A stretch of 64,000 nucleotides of DNA from the human T2T-CHM13v2.0 reference genome, Homo sapiens (GCF_009914755.1 NC_060926.1), one strand, 5' to 3'; shown: positions 1 through 16,787, counted from the stretch's first letter. A program made the numbers and translations. The notes: generated by a model from the sequence alone, not told the origin.

Positions 1-459
1 GAATCTTTAGAGATTGGCAGTTATCAAATGCCTTCCCAAATGCAGTTTGTTTGTCACACTGAGATTTTTTGCTGATGCTAAGAAAAAATTACCTTGTCAA
101 GTTGACCAAGCGGGTCTGATTTCTCAGAAGGTCACTCCTCGGGCCCGGGACTGCAAGGCTGACTTCAGGTAGAGAACTACTTTTCTACATAAACAACAGA
201 GGAACTTTAGCTTATATTAAAATAGTGATCAAAGTGCTTATGTTTTACGCAAAATTAATGTAACCTTAAGTTAGATGTTAGTATTATGCAGTATCCATCC
301 CCAGTCCCGATGGTAGCAGCAGTGGCCTCTCTTCTCAGGAGAAGAAAATTCAGCTTCATTTGTTGAACGGGCTTTATGACCTCTGTGCCTCCCGTGAGTC
401 GGGTCTCAACTTCCCAAGACTAGAGCTGGTAAAGCACATTCTGAAGCCTGGAGGCTGTA

Positions 460-946
<487 letters not shown>

Positions 947-1677
947 GAGAGGCCTTTAAACTTAGTTTGACTTGGGCTTTCCTAATATTACCTGAATGAG
1001 GAAATCTTTCTCTTCTGCAGGGCACCCATGAACTAGTGATTGACAGGATGAACCAGAGGCACACATTGTTGCATTTTAATCCTATCTCCTCCGGGGGCAT
1101 TTAGGGCACCACTGCCTGCAGCCGGTCAGACCTGGTCCAAAAGTCACTTCTGGAGTTTCCTTTTCTCAACTGTAGATGGACTGAATGGCTTCAAAGGCTC
1201 TTGGCTTCGTCAGGACCGGTTGTTTCTGCTTGTTCCTTGCCTCCAGCAGAGCTGGGAGCAGGAAGGACACAGACAGCTTTGATTGCAGCCACAGCTGGCA
1301 AACACACCTTGCCCGGCCTGGGCCCTGGAATGCCCACAGAAGACAGAAACCCTCGAGGCTTGTCTGGCTTGCTGGGCGATGGGCCGCAGTCTGGTTGGTC
1401 ACAGTCCCTCATGCTGCTGCCTGCCGGGCAGGCCTCCTTTTTGTTCTCGGACAAGACCATCATTGCTCAAGAGTTGCCAGCCTGTGCACAGCATATTTTG
1501 ATGAGGGGTGAGCCTGCCTGGGTCATGGCCTGACCTCATGAGCCCTCAGCCAAGGTCTGCGTTGCCCCCTCTGAGGCCCAGGCTTTAGTGACTGCACCCC
1601 AGGCAGGGGAGGCAAGGCCTGTGTGTTCCAAGCAGCAGAGGGCAAGCTGTGGTGCTGTGAGTACAGAAGGCCGGAGG

Positions 1678-2362
1678 GGCTGGGCACGGTGGCTCACGCC
1701 TGTAATCCCAGCACTTTGGGTGTCTCAGCCTCATTCTGACAACAAGAGGTCTCAATCTGTCAACTAGAGACATTTAGTCAAAGGAGACTCCTCTATTGTC
1801 TCACAATATCACTTTGCTCAGAGAGGTCAAGGAGCTTATATCAGGTCGCACAGCCAGTAGAAGTTGGAACTGGCATTTAAATGTGAGCCTTACTGGTTCA
1901 AAAGCCCTAGTTCCTACCACTGCTTTACTGGCTCCCAGATACCTCTCGCCAATTTTTCATTGGCTTGTGGTGAAATCAGAAAAATAAAGACAAGCAGTTT
2001 TTTGTTTTTTGTTTTTTTTTTTTTTTGCTTTTTGAAAAAAAATATATAAATCTTATTTTAAAAAGCAAGATCTGGCTGGTCACGGTGGCTCATGCCTGTA
2101 ATCCAGCACTCTGGGAGGCCGAGGCGGGCGGATCACCTGAGGTCAGGAGTTCGAGACCAGCCTGGCCAACATGGTGAAACCTCGCCTCTAAAAATACAAA
2201 AAATGGCTGGGTGTGATGGCGTGTGCCTGTAATCCCAGCTACTTGGGAGGCCAAGGCAGGGGAATTGCTTGAACCCTGGAGGCCAGAGGTTGCAGTGAGC
2301 CAAGATGGTGCCACTGCACTCCAGCCTGGGCGACAGAACGAGATCCATTTCAAAAAAAAAAA
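1678..2362 (+). mobile_element. Alu 5' stub (1678-1720) + captured 353-bp segment + full Alu (2074-2362)
   Basis: Alu consensus at both ends; shared TSD AGAAGGCC(G/A)GAGG at 1665-1677 and 2364-2376. Confidence 0.85.
1721..2073 (+). repeat. Dispersed direct repeat, copy A (copy B at 8270-8617)
   Basis: About 350 bp, roughly 90% identical by eye, includes non-repeat sequence and a MIR remnant. Confidence 0.92.
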
Positions 2363-3529
2363 TAGAAGGCCAGAGGGGTGGCAGAGGGCCGTCCTCAGAC
2401 AACATTCTTTCCAAAGGCAGGGTGCGTGGACAGGGAAGGGCTTGGATGCCTGACCCAGGGCAAGGCTCAGTGTACACAGTTGGAGCTGGTGTTCAGGACA
2501 TGTGAGAGATGAGGAAGAAGGCACAGTCACACACCCAGAGGCTTCTGGAGGCCCCTGCAGGGAGACATAATCTCAGACTTCCCTGAGCATCTGTCAGTAA
2601 CCAAGCACATGCTGGACATGCAGAGGTGATACACAGTCTTTGCCTTCTGGAAGCCACAGCCTTGCTGGGGCTCATAGTGCCACATGCACCCCATGGTCTT
2701 TGGAAACAAAGACCAAGCTGCAGGAAGTGGGTTCAGTCTTGGAGGAGTTACAGGGCAGGGGTGCTTCAGATGGAAAGGGAGACCTCAGCCCTTTGGTCTG
2801 AATGCCATGAAGACCTTGGACTTGGTGCAAATGGCCAGAGACAAGAGCTTGATCTGAAATGTATCTCTTCCAAGCCACGTAGACAGTGCGAGCTGATACC
2901 ACAGTCATGGTTGCCGGCGGGGGTCTGTCAGTGTTTGAGCATGTTTATGGAGCACTTGCTCTGTGCAGGGTACTGCGACAGGCTCTGGGAACACAGAGAC
3001 CAGTGAGTCACAGTCTCTGTCCTCGAGGAGCCTGAGACAGCACAAGGAGTGGAGTTCAGGCCAGCAGGGGCAGGGACAGTTGGGCCACCCCTGGAAGGAG
3101 TTGGTCTTTGCCTGTCCTACGTGTTGAAGGACAGAGGTACTGTGAGAGGAGAGTAGGGAGTTGTGGGGACTTGCCTGGGGTGTCAGAGGGGACGGGGTAG
3201 GAGGTGGAGGGAAGAGATGGATGGGACAGCACACACCGCCCTGTCATCTCCCATCCTGGGCTGCCGCTTGGTGCCTTGAGACTGGTTCCCGGCTTGTGGG
3301 ATGGCTCTGGGCCCATGGTGGGAGGTGAGCTTGCCTGTGCCTGTGCAGTGGGGTCCTGGAGGTGAGTTTCACTGTCGTTCCTGCCACAGGAGGAGTCCCC
3401 GCCATCCTCCTGGTTACCCTCTGACCACTCCCTGCTCTTACTTCCACCCCGGGCCTGTACCCTTGCTACAAGGTCATTCCCATTGTGTGTGGCAATACCA
3501 AAGCCTGTATTAATACCCAAACTAATACC

Positions 3530-3840
3530 AATGTCTGAGTCAGCCTGGACTGCTGTCACAAAATACCACTGACTGGGCAGCTTAAACCACAGACTAAGAT
3601 CAGACAACCTGGTTTCTCCTGAGGGCTCTCTGCCTGGCTTGTAGACGGCCACCTTCTTGCTGCATCATCCCATGGCCTTTCCTTGGTGCCTGTATGAGGA
3701 CAGGGAGAGCACGGATCCAACTCTCTGCTGTCCCTTCTTATATGGCCTCGAATCCTATTGGATCAGGGCCCCACCCTTAGTGCCTCAGAGGTACTCTCGT
3801 CAACAGGCCAGGACTCGCCATGTTAATTCCAACACCAGCA
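3530..3840 (-). mobile_element. MaLR LTR fragment (MLT1A/B-like)
   Basis: ctgctgtcacaaaataccact...ggcttgtagacggccaccttct...ttggatcagggccccaccc. Confidence 0.7.
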
Positions 3841-4119
3841 TCCTAAGTCTGTAAAACAAATTCTCCCAAGGACTTCTTCCGAGTCCCGGTGGCCTAGAAG
3901 GTGTCTGAGTTTGGTTGCCGGGCAGGTTCCACCTGCAGCAAGGCTGTGTCCACTTAGTGCATGTGGCAGGGAGGGGAGCCGTGGCCCTGCCTGGGCCCTG
4001 CAGGGCGTTAGGTGCTTCACGCCTTATCTCACTTTATCCTGGAATTTCCACAGCTTGCTCTGTGCCAGCGTTTCCTCATCTGTAAGATGGAGATCATCAT
4101 AGGGTTTTAATGGGGTTGA

Positions 4120-4425
<306 letters not shown>

Positions 4426-6313
4426 AAAGCATAAATTAAATGGAATAATTCATGTGTCTTGGCCCAAGGTCAGCAGCAGTAAGTGCCAGCCGCTTTAATG
4501 GTCATTGTCACCGTCGTCGTCCTGTTATCTTCAGGCCTTTCCTTCGTCTCACGTGCTGGCATTTCTTCCCCAGCCCGATTTCCTCCTCTGAGTCCCATTT
4601 CATTCCCATCTGCTTCTTGGGGACCTGTCCACCCACATGTCAAACTCAAGCTTGTCCCAGGCAGAACTTGCCTCCTCTCCTCCATCCCCATCCCTCCCAC
4701 CTCCATGGCTGCCCGGCTTAGAGCACTTCCCTCCCTCCACCCAGCCACCCAGCGAGAAAGCTGGCGTGGCCAGGCCTGCGTCATTGCCTTGCACCCTGTC
4801 TAGTCGGTCCTCCCCTGTCCTCCTCTCCCCTCCCAGGGCTCCTCCCACTCCTCTTGGCACCACCCTCTCCCTCCCACGTTCCTGCTGGCTTCTCCCCTGG
4901 AGCCTCCTCCACACCAGCCTCAGAGGACTCCCCCAGAGTGTGTGAGTGTCCCCAGCCTGCTGCCCTTGGTCAGCTGGAGTCTTGTTTGGTGACCCCACTG
5001 GGCGCTGCTGTTGGGGTTGGAGGAATCTCAGTCCAATTCCCGTGCTAGGGGCTGAGTGGGCGGGATCTAGTGTTGTTTTGGCACGTGGTGAAGTGCAGAC
5101 ATGACCCTTGGTGACCGATCCTACCCCTTTCTGTTCAGCATCCGTCCACACTCCCTCTTCCCTGACTCACAGTGCCCCGAGTACGTAGCGCTGCCAGCCC
5201 TCCTCGCCTGACACCCGGCGCCCTCCATCACCGGCCACACGGCCACCTCCTCTTCCCCTTAGCCTCCACGTGAATACCATGTCTGTGTCCCAGTGAAGGG
5301 ACACGATCCTCCCTAGGAGGAGCCGGCGCCAGCTCTTTGTCCTCCCTTAGCACTCTAGGCGGTTATCACTGGGCCCCCAGCTCTCTGCGGTGTGTCTGCC
5401 TAGGGGTCTCCCTGTGGACCTTGGGCAGGGGGTGGTGTCTAGTGTGTGTCCCCAGCAGGGTGATGGGTGTGGAGTGAGCGTGACAGTCCCCTTTCATGCA
5501 CCAGGATAGACCAGGAAGTGTAGGTGCACAGGGAGCCTAGGCTGGGACATCCGCCATGGGAAGGGCCCTCTGCCAGGGGCACAGGAATTCCAGGGGCCAC
5601 CGTGGCGCTGCAGCTTCCAGGGAATTTCCCGCTCTTCCATAGACCCGGCGTATTAAAAGAGGTCAGGTCCTGGGGCGGCTGGCCCAGGTAGCTCTCTTCA
5701 AGAGTGTGGAGAACTAACCTGAAGAGAGCAGGCAAGGTGCCACTCCGCTGTGTCTCAGGTAGGGAAATTGATTCCCTCCTAGCCTAGAGCCCTGGGGGTT
5801 GAGTCAGCTGAGGTTTATTCAGTGTTGCTTCTTTCTGACTTCAATTCTGGGGCTCTCTCCACCCCACACCTGGTTAGAATGAGCCAGAGGCATCCTGAAG
5901 GCAGTGGGTTTTGGGGAAAGAAAAGAAAAAAAGGAAATGCTTGAAAACACTGGTGTGGTCTGTTCCCCAGAGACTTTTCTCTAAATAGCATATACTGAAA
6001 AACGCACCTCCCTGCCGTTTAATATAAACCACAGTCACACAGTCCAGTATTTTGCTAATGTGTAAAATGCCTTCTTTGTAATGGACAGTGAAGATTGAAA
6101 CTGTCTAGTGCTTGGGCTGACAGCTCCCACTGGCTCACAGCTCCCCGCTCCCGCAGGGAACGTTTGCTTTTCCAGAGCCCTGTGCCTGCCCGCCGGCGTT
6201 GCCCATGATGGCTGCCTTCGTGTCCACGCTGATGCTTGGCTTGGGATTCCGAAGTCTCAATCATGGATGCAGAGCGCAGGCTCATGTGTTGAAATGTGTT
6301 TGTATTCTTCCAG

Positions 6314-6408
6314 TTGACTTAACATCCTTTGTGACCCACTTTGAATGGGACATGGCCAAATATCCTGTCAAGCAGCCGCTCGTGAGTGTGGTGGACACAA
6401 TAGCCAAG
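6314..6408 (+). CDS. ATP6V1C2: V-ATPase subunit C2, internal exon (probable exon 5, 95 nt)
   Basis: cag|TTGAC...GCCAAG|gtgaga; encodes (V)[31 protein letters not shown], typical V-ATPase C; frame continues into next exon. Confidence 0.96.
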
Positions 6409-6672
6409 GTGAGAAAAGGGACTGCTCTGGGGAACAGCTGACTGGTGGGTCAGGCGGGCAAGAGCCTGGGTAGGGCCCCCCTGCCAACAGCCTCAGCCTG
6501 TCCTGACTGGGCCTCTGGGTTTCTGAGGTGTGGCCTCCTTCCATGCACTGGGCAGGTTTGGGGTTTCAGGGCAGCCCTGGACAGGGAAAGAGCCAGTCCC
6601 CTGGCCTCCCCTCGAGGGCCCAGCACCCATTCACTTGCTGCTCCACTTCTTTTTTCAAAAGTTACTGATGGT

Positions 6673-6973
<301 letters not shown>

Positions 6974-8269
6974 TTACTGATGGTGAAGGCAGCTCCCTCA
7001 TCATCTACTCCTAGGAACCTGACACCTCTAGCCCCCAGGGGATTGTTCACCTGCAAAGCTATTTGGTTTAAGTGGAGAGTTTGGCCTGGGAGCCCTAACC
7101 TCTTCAGACACTGCACCAGCTCGTTGCTCTCCACTTGTGACAATGGAGAGGCAGTGAGTGTCCTGACAGTCCTCTGTCCTGTTCAGCAATGGCCTCCACT
7201 CCACTTGATAAAATGAACACCCTGTGACTCGAGTCCCAGGGGATGCTATGGGCACCTGGAGCTGGGTGACTTCTCTGTATCATCACTGAAGGTGAGGGTG
7301 ACAAGGACTGTGAGACTGAGGCTGATGGTTTCTGATGGCCTGGCCCTCCCTTCTGCCACAAAACACTGAGCCCCTAATGTGTCCCCTCTCCTGCTGGCCC
7401 CCATGGCTGTGGGAGAGTCTCGGCCTGGGCCAGGAACAAAGGCACCCGGTTTTCTACTGTGACTGTGGCCAAGGGTCAGAGTGGAGCTGGGCCTCTCACC
7501 TGTCCTCTGGCAGCTCCTGCAGGTCTCCTGGAAAGTAGGGTGGGGCCAGAAAGCTCGGGAATCTGGGTGGGGCACCTCGGGTGCTGCTTACATCAGAGAG
7601 GCTCAGGCCCCTGCTGGGACGATCAGGCAGTGATTCTGGAAGGCCCTTCAAGGAGGGTGTGCCCAGAGCACCTGTGCCAGGTGTGCCTTTCAGAGGGCGC
7701 TGTGCATGTCCACCAAGGAACTGGAAGCACATGATGGCTGGTGGGGCTGGCCCTTCCCTGCCTCACCATGTGCCAATTTGGGATTCTCTCAGTCCCAGGG
7801 ATGCCAGACTCAGTGGGAAGGGCCCCCTGGAGCACATGGAGGGAGCAGAGGGGCTGTCGGGAGACCTGGCTTCTCCAGTCCAGAGCACCCCTAGAGTGCC
7901 TTTGGCAGGAAGGAAGGAGGGCACTGGTTTGGTGGCATTCCAGATGTGCCCGAGACTGTGCTGGGCTCTCTTACTGTCCGCCTCATGCCATGGGGTGGAC
8001 ATCACTTTCCTCTGAGTGCAGAAGAGGAAGCTGAGGGGTTGAGCGAGCGATCCAGGACCTGCAGCGGTTGGAGTATTATGCCGGGATGGGGATGCAGGTC
8101 TTGGGGACCAGAGCCTGCGGATTGTGCTGTGTGCATGACACCACTTCCCAAGGAAGCCCTGGACTGGCCCAACCACAGGGAAGCAGCTCCTGGCAGCAGC
8201 AGGGGCAGAGGCTCCGGGGTGTTGTCTCCCTCAGTCCTTCCTACACCGGCAACACAGTGTGACACCCCC

Positions 8270-8617
8270 CGCCTCAGCCTCGCTCTGCCAACGAGAGGTC
8301 TCAATCTATCAACTAGAGACATTTAGTCAAAGGAGACTCCTCTATCATCTCACAATAATTCCAGGCCACTTTGCTCAGAGAGGTCAAGGAGCTTATGTCA
8401 GGTCACACAGCCAGTAAAAGTCAGAACTGGCATTTAAATGTGGGCCTTACTGGTTCGAAAGCCCTAGTTCCTATCACTGCTTTACTGGCTCCCAAATACC
8501 TCTCAGCAATTTTTCATTGGCTTGTGGTGAAATCAGAAAAATAAAGACAAGCAGTATTTTTTTTCGTTTTTTTGTTTTTCAAAAAATATATAAATCTTAT
8601 TTTAAAAAGCAAGATCT
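8270..8617 (+). repeat. Dispersed direct repeat, copy B (probable source)
   Basis: Colinear with 1721-2073, embedded in native flanks. Confidence 0.92.
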
Positions 8618-9020
8618 GTGGATTACACCCATGTCAGTTTCCTGGTTATGATACTGCACTATGACGGTATAGTGCAGAATAGTATCGTATAGTTGTATAG
8701 GACAGTACAGTGTAGTCACAGAGCTGTATAGTGCAAAATAGTACTCATATAGTTGTATAGTTGCATAATGCCGTATACTATACAGTTGTACAGTATACTT
8801 CTATCGTGCAGAAGATTTTAATATAGTTGTATAGTTGTACAATATAGTTGCATAGTACAGTATGGTATGTAGTTGTATAGTGCAGAATAGTATAGTTGTA
8901 TAGTGAGCTGTGGGAAATCACTGTGGGAAACTGCATGGAGGGGACTTAGGATCTCTGTGTACTATTTTTGCAACGTCCTGTGAATCTATAATCATTTCAA
9001 AATTAAAAGTTTTAAAAAAA
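8618..9020 (+). mobile_element. Old L1M (L1MC-like) 3' end with internal TATAG-type simple repeat
   Basis: atgtcagtttcctggtt...ctctgtgtactatttttgcaac...tgtgaatctataatcatttcaaaa. Confidence 0.65.
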
Positions 9021-9066
9021 TTATTATAAAAAGATGCATTTTATTAAGAAAAATGGCAAAATGTAA

Positions 9067-9742
<676 letters not shown>

Positions 9743-10702
9743 ACCATTTTAATATAATCATTTAATTTAATCATTTTATCATTTTAATTATATTTATTTT
9801 ATCTTTAAAATTATTTTATGATTTTATCTTTAAAATAATAATATCATCCGAGCTGTGATCATCGCCCCCATTCCCTTTATTCTCCCAAAAGGTAACCAAT
9901 GTTTAAAAGTTGACAATGGATTCTTCCATGTATAAAAATGTGTATATTTAGACTAAAGCTGTTGGCATTCTATGGAGCACCCATTTTCTTCATCTGTTGA
10001 CTCTTGAGATTCTCCCATCAGCAGCCGTGTGCTGGCCTGTAGCATTTGTGGATGGCCGTGGTGTAAATGCTCCTGCCGTGGCTGGTTGTCCAAGCTGGTG
10101 GGGTGTCACCACGTGGGGCTGCGAGGAGGGAATGTGAAGGAGCCTGGCACAGTCGGCTCTCAGCACTGGCATTATCCCCGCTGTGGAACAAATGGGGAAA
10201 CCTGAGCCAGTCGGCCAGAAAGCAGGAGGGCGTGGCTTGAGCCCAGGCCTGTCTTGTTTCTGTCCACTGCACCTCCCTGCCCCTGCCAACCCATGAGAGG
10301 GAGATCGGCACAGCCGAGCCAGGAGACATGGGCATTTGAGAGGGCCAGGCCATGTCGGGTACCCCTGGAAGCAACGATTGGGGGTCAGCCTGAGCTGCCC
10401 TCCAGCAGAGCCTGAGAGGGTAGGTGTGGGCGTGGGATGTCCCGACCGTTCAGGATGGGCTTGAAATCAGGAAAGGTTGGGCTCACTGAGTCATCCTAGA
10501 AAATCCATCATGGCTTGGCGCCTGGGTGCCACACAGGGGCTCCCTGGAAGGGCCAAATGCTGGTAAACAGAAGCCATCCCAGCAAATGGGCAGGGCAGTT
10601 ATTTTTCTTGAAAGCACCATGAGCTGTTGTGGCCATTTCAAAAAGTTCAGCCAACTCCTTCAATGCTCAGGGTCACCTGGAGCTTTTGCTTTCCCAAAAC
10701 AG

Positions 10703-10794
10703 CAACTGGCGCAGATCGAGATGGACCTGAAGTCCCGAACGGCCGCCTACAACACTCTGAAGACAAACCTGGAGAACCTGGAAAAGAAATCCAT
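10703..10794 (+). CDS. ATP6V1C2: ATP6V1C2 exon 6 (92 nt)
   Basis: acag|CAACTG...TCCAT|gtgtgt; [31 protein letters not shown]. Confidence 0.96.
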
Positions 10795-11405
10795 GTGTGT
10801 ATTTGCCAGCCTCCACATCTGGCGGGGGCAGGTCCTGGCGGGGGCTTAGCGCTTGCCTGTCCTCTCACTGGGCCACCTGGGAGTCTGTGCCCATGCATGA
10901 GAGTGAGACAGACAGACAGGTGGAGGCACTCTCACCTCTCCAAGAGCCGCGTGCTGGGAGAGGAGGAAAGGGCCAGGTGAGGGTGATCACACCCCGTGCA
11001 TGTGCCCAGGGAAGAGGATGTGGCCATGCTGCTCCTCACCGCACGCTTCCATCTCCCAGCTTCTCCAGGGCGCCTGGGTGCCGCCCCCAGTCCTCCCCTG
11101 TGGAGGCTGCACGGAGGGCCCCCAGGGGTGACGGGAGGCCAGGATGTCAGCGCACGGCCCGTTGCAAAGCGCAGCAGGGTGGTGGGCTCTGCGGCCCAGA
11201 GCAGAGCAGCCTCAGGGACTCAGGTGCCTTCTCCACCCACCTGAAGAACCACTGTGTGGGAGAGGGAGCAGGCTCCACAGACAGAACAGTCACCAGGATG
11301 GTGGAGATGCCAGAGAAAAGTGTAAGCTCAGCAACACCGTGGCAGGGACTGTCTTGTGAGGTGTAGTGAGTGTCCTGTTGTTGGAGGTGTGTAAGAGAAG
11401 CCAGG

Positions 11406-12399
<994 letters not shown>

Positions 12400-13822
12400 T
12401 CAACTGGAAACCCTTGCTGTTGGATGCCTGGCTTTATGTCAGAAGTAAGTGGGCATGAGCTATGGAGGATGGGACAGGGGCCGGGCGCCGGGGCAGAGAG
12501 CCCTAAGGGGATGGGTCATCTGTCCGTCCTGGCTTAGAGCCCACAGGCCATGGGGCCATCCACTCGCATGGCATCACCCTGAGATGGATTTCTTCAGGAT
12601 TGGTTGGGACTTGTGCAAACATCTGGTCTAGCCTCTTCGCTCAACTGGTGAGGTTCATTCATCCATTGATCATCATTGATTCGCAGTGACTTTAATTGAT
12701 TTACTAAGCGCATATACCAAGTATAGGAGGGCGGCGTACAAAGAGGGATGAACGTTTCTAACTCCCTCCTCTGCGCTCTCTTTTCTTCTTTGTACACAAA
12801 CCAAGTATGCACTGTGCCCTCAGGCCCGATGCTAGACCCTAAAGATATAAAGCAGAATACAATACAATTTTTGCACTTGCAGAGCTCACAGTTATTCATT
12901 CAACAAACGTGTGGAAAGTTGGCTTCGTGTTGGGGATTCAGAGGTGAGCCAGGGAGAGAGGTGGGATAGTGTAAGGGTAACGTGTTCAGTGCTAGGACAG
13001 GGAGGCTCATGCATGCGGTGCCCAGGGAGAAGGAACCTAAGGGCTTTATCCATGGCCACGCAGCTGGTCAGTGATGTTCAGGCAGGGGACAGCAAAGAAG
13101 CCACGCAGGCTCCCTGAGGAGGGTGTTTCCCATTGCCTTTAAAGCTTTGGCCATGGCTCAACGCTGGAGAGCGATTTCCCGGGGAAGCACTGTGTGCCGA
13201 CGTCACGGCCCCTGTGCTGATGCCACATACAGCCTGGGTAGTGAGATCTTGGCCCATTTACTGATCCGACAGCCTTGATCCATGTGCCAATAATACCATA
13301 CCCTACACTCAGACCAGGTCCACTGGGCATGTAGAAAGCATTTCAGGTGAGTGTCCCCTGGGTGCTGGGCTGGGAGGCCTGTAAAGTGACACGGAGCTCT
13401 ATCGAGGACGGCTCAACGCAGCCCTAAGAGCTGGCCGTTGTGTTGACACTTGAGTAACTTTAGCTGCCTGCCACCCGAGGCCCCCTCCCATAGCAGCCGG
13501 AGCTGGCACCAGGGCAGCGCAGGTCACTGAGGTGTTGGATTCGGCAGCCCCTTGGGTGACGGGTGATAGCACCCGAGGCCCTGCCAGCCTCCCTGTCCCT
13601 GGAGGGGAGGAGGCAGCAGCTGTGGCCCCAGCACAGAGCCTGGCCCTGGGGTTGTGGGGAGCAATCATTGCTGAGAATTGCTGTGTTCTCCTAGGCTCCA
13701 GCATCCCTGGCACCCACCCTTCCTTGAGAACTGCCCCCAGTGCCCGGGCGTGGGTGTGTGTGGGGTCACTGTGTCCCTTTCTGCTCACATCTTTCACACC
13801 CTTTGTTCCACCTGCCTTTTAG

Positions 13823-13921
13823 GGGGAACCTCTTCACCCGGACACTGAGTGATATTGTGAGCAAAGAGGACTTCGTGCTGGATTCTGAATATCTCGTCAC
13901 ACTTCTGGTCATCGTCCCCAA
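13823..13921 (+). CDS. ATP6V1C2: ATP6V1C2 exon 7 (99 nt)
   Basis: tttag|GGGGAAC...CCCCAA|gtgagt; [33 protein letters not shown]. Confidence 0.97.
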
Positions 13922-14525
13922 GTGAGTGCTGGGCGATCACGAAGGAAACCGGCCCTGCCCAGTGGAGAGGAAGGTGGACCCGTTGGTGACTTGGGCAGTG
14001 TGGACGAGGAGGCTCCCTGCCCAGCCCCAGTTCTCGGGAAGCAGTCATTCCTTCATGGGGCCCTGCCTGCGGCTGTCAGTAGGGACAGTGGTTGGGTGAT
14101 GGTGGTTGTGGCCACGATAGAAGCAGCCATTTATTGAGCACTTGCTATATACCCAATGTGTGGTCGACATTATTTTATTTCATCCTCACCAAAGGCCTGG
14201 GAAGTCTGGTGATTCCCATTGTCCTGAGGCTGGAGAGGTCGGTTAGCTTGTCCAAGATCACACGGGGCCCGGATTAGATGGTTATTAGCGAGCCCCAAGT
14301 GTATCAATAGCTCTTCACAAAGGGACTTCTGTGGGTACCCTGTGGAGGCTGGGCAGGGGATTCCCCATGGGAACAGCAGACCTCAGGGGAGGTGAGGGCT
14401 CCCTCTGACCCCATCCCTGCTCACCTTCAGGCCTTCAGGAAAAGGGGTGTGCAGCTTCCTAGGCACTCAGGACACCCACGAGCCTTTTCTGCAAAAAATC
14501 ACGTAACGATTCTATGTTCTTGCAG

Positions 14526-14594
14526 ACCAAACTACTCACAATGGCAAAAAACCTACGAATCTCTCTCAGACATGGTGGTCCCTCGATCAACCAA
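14526..14594 (+). CDS. ATP6V1C2: ATP6V1C2 exon 8 (69 nt)
   Basis: tgcag|ACCAAAC...ACCAA|gtaagt; [23 protein letters not shown]. Confidence 0.97.
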
Positions 14595-15326
14595 GTAAGT
14601 GAGACCCCAGCTTGGTCCCAGGGCCCCTGGGGTACATGTGTGGGTGCTTCAGGGCACCCAACCACCAAACATGCCCCGAGGGTGTGAGGCTCCCCAGCTT
14701 TCCACACCTGGGCCCTCTCCTGTCCCTTGGCCTGGAATTCTGTCAGGGTCGCCCACCTTGTCACATGCCAGAGTGCCTTCCTCTTTCAAAACTTCACTTC
14801 CCTGCCCCTGCCCTGGGAAGGCTGCCCTGGCCCCACGCTGCCCTGGCCCCACCTGGCCGAGCAGCCTCTCCACGCCGTTGCCTCTGCTGCATTCTGGCTC
14901 TGTGTTCTCGGCTCAGCGTCAATTCTTCCCTGCCAGAGGGGGAAGCCAGCCCTGGCCTAAGTGGCTGCCCAGTGAACGGCCACAGCGGGAGCCGGGAGGG
15001 AAAGCGGCCTCAGCGTGTGGCCCGCAGGGGCCAGAGCAGCAGTAGCCAGTGGGTCCTGTCACAGTGACAGGAGGAGAGCGGGTTACAGACTGTCCATCAC
15101 GGGACACTGCGTGGCGGGGGAACCAAGGATGCCAGGCCCTGTGTGTCAGGAGGGATGAAGGGGAAAGGCAGCTGCAGAGGAGCAGAGGGTCTGAAATGGA
15201 TGTGAAATGGGCGTGACTCGGGCACACACAGGTGCACAAGGAATTGTGGGGATGGGTCACGGGCAGGAAGGCCACACTCAGGATGGTAGTGGCTCAGGAT
15301 GGAGTGAGTGGCACATAGTGGGGTAG

Positions 15327-15734
<408 letters not shown>

Positions 15735-16787
15735 TGAAGAGGTTTTAGAATGCGCGTCAGGCAGCCAGCCTGTTCATCTGACTCCCCACACACAGAACTC
15801 CCGGTGCAAGGCCTCTGCCCTGGGGCCCCTGCTGGGGGACGGGGATCTCCCAGGGCTACGAGATGGCAATCGGGATCTAAATTGAAGGGTGCAAGGAACA
15901 GGACAATCACAGCCCGAGGTTACAGGGGAGGCAGGGAAGAGGAGCAAGGCTCTGGAGCAGAGGAGCTGGCCCTTGAAGCCAGTGTGCTGGCAGGAGCATT
16001 CACTGCTCTTAAAGGCCAAGAGCCGGGGATCCTTGACAGGGCCGGCTGCCTTGGTAGGTGGCCTGGCCTCCCAGACCAGAGCCTCAGGCCCTTCATTGTC
16101 ACAGGCCACCTGAAAGCCTGCACAGATGACTCTGGAAATACCTGGAGTCTGGCGGCAGCCCCTATGGGCATGGGCTCTGAGAAACAGGAAGGGTGACCCT
16201 GCCAGCATGCCAGCATGCTGTGAGATCGTGTCTGGGCCTGAGGGCTCCCACTTCCAGTCTTCTGGCCAATAGGACTCAGAGATGCTTAGACTCCTGGCCC
16301 CAAGAATTCCTGAGTTGCTAGAGACAGTGGCCCCAGTGGTCCTGTGTTGAGACTTGCTTGGGAGGCTGTGTCCCATTAGGACTTTGTGATATTGGAAGTG
16401 AAATGGACCTTGTAGGATAGTTTCCACCACTCTGCTTTACTATCAGGCAGCACGTCAGAGCCAGGGACACCCTGTGCCAGCTGTGGTGACGGAGGCCCAG
16501 GAGGGCTTGGTCTCTCAGGAATTTGATAAGCGGGAGCTAAAGCCCAGGCCCCTACACTCCCTGCACCCCGAGGCCCCCTGAGGCCTTAGCCTGGAGGGGT
16601 GTGGAAGGGGCAGGAGGGAAGGGCAGGCAGCCAGGAGTTAGGAAATCTCAGGGAGTGTCCTTGGTTCCCCAGCCCTCAGCTGCTGCCATGGACCCCAGGT
16701 GCAGGCCACCAGGCCCGGGGCCTCTGAGCCCCACTCCCGCACAAGGCCTAGCAGTGAGTCCAGCCAACAGATGCTTCTCTCCAACAG

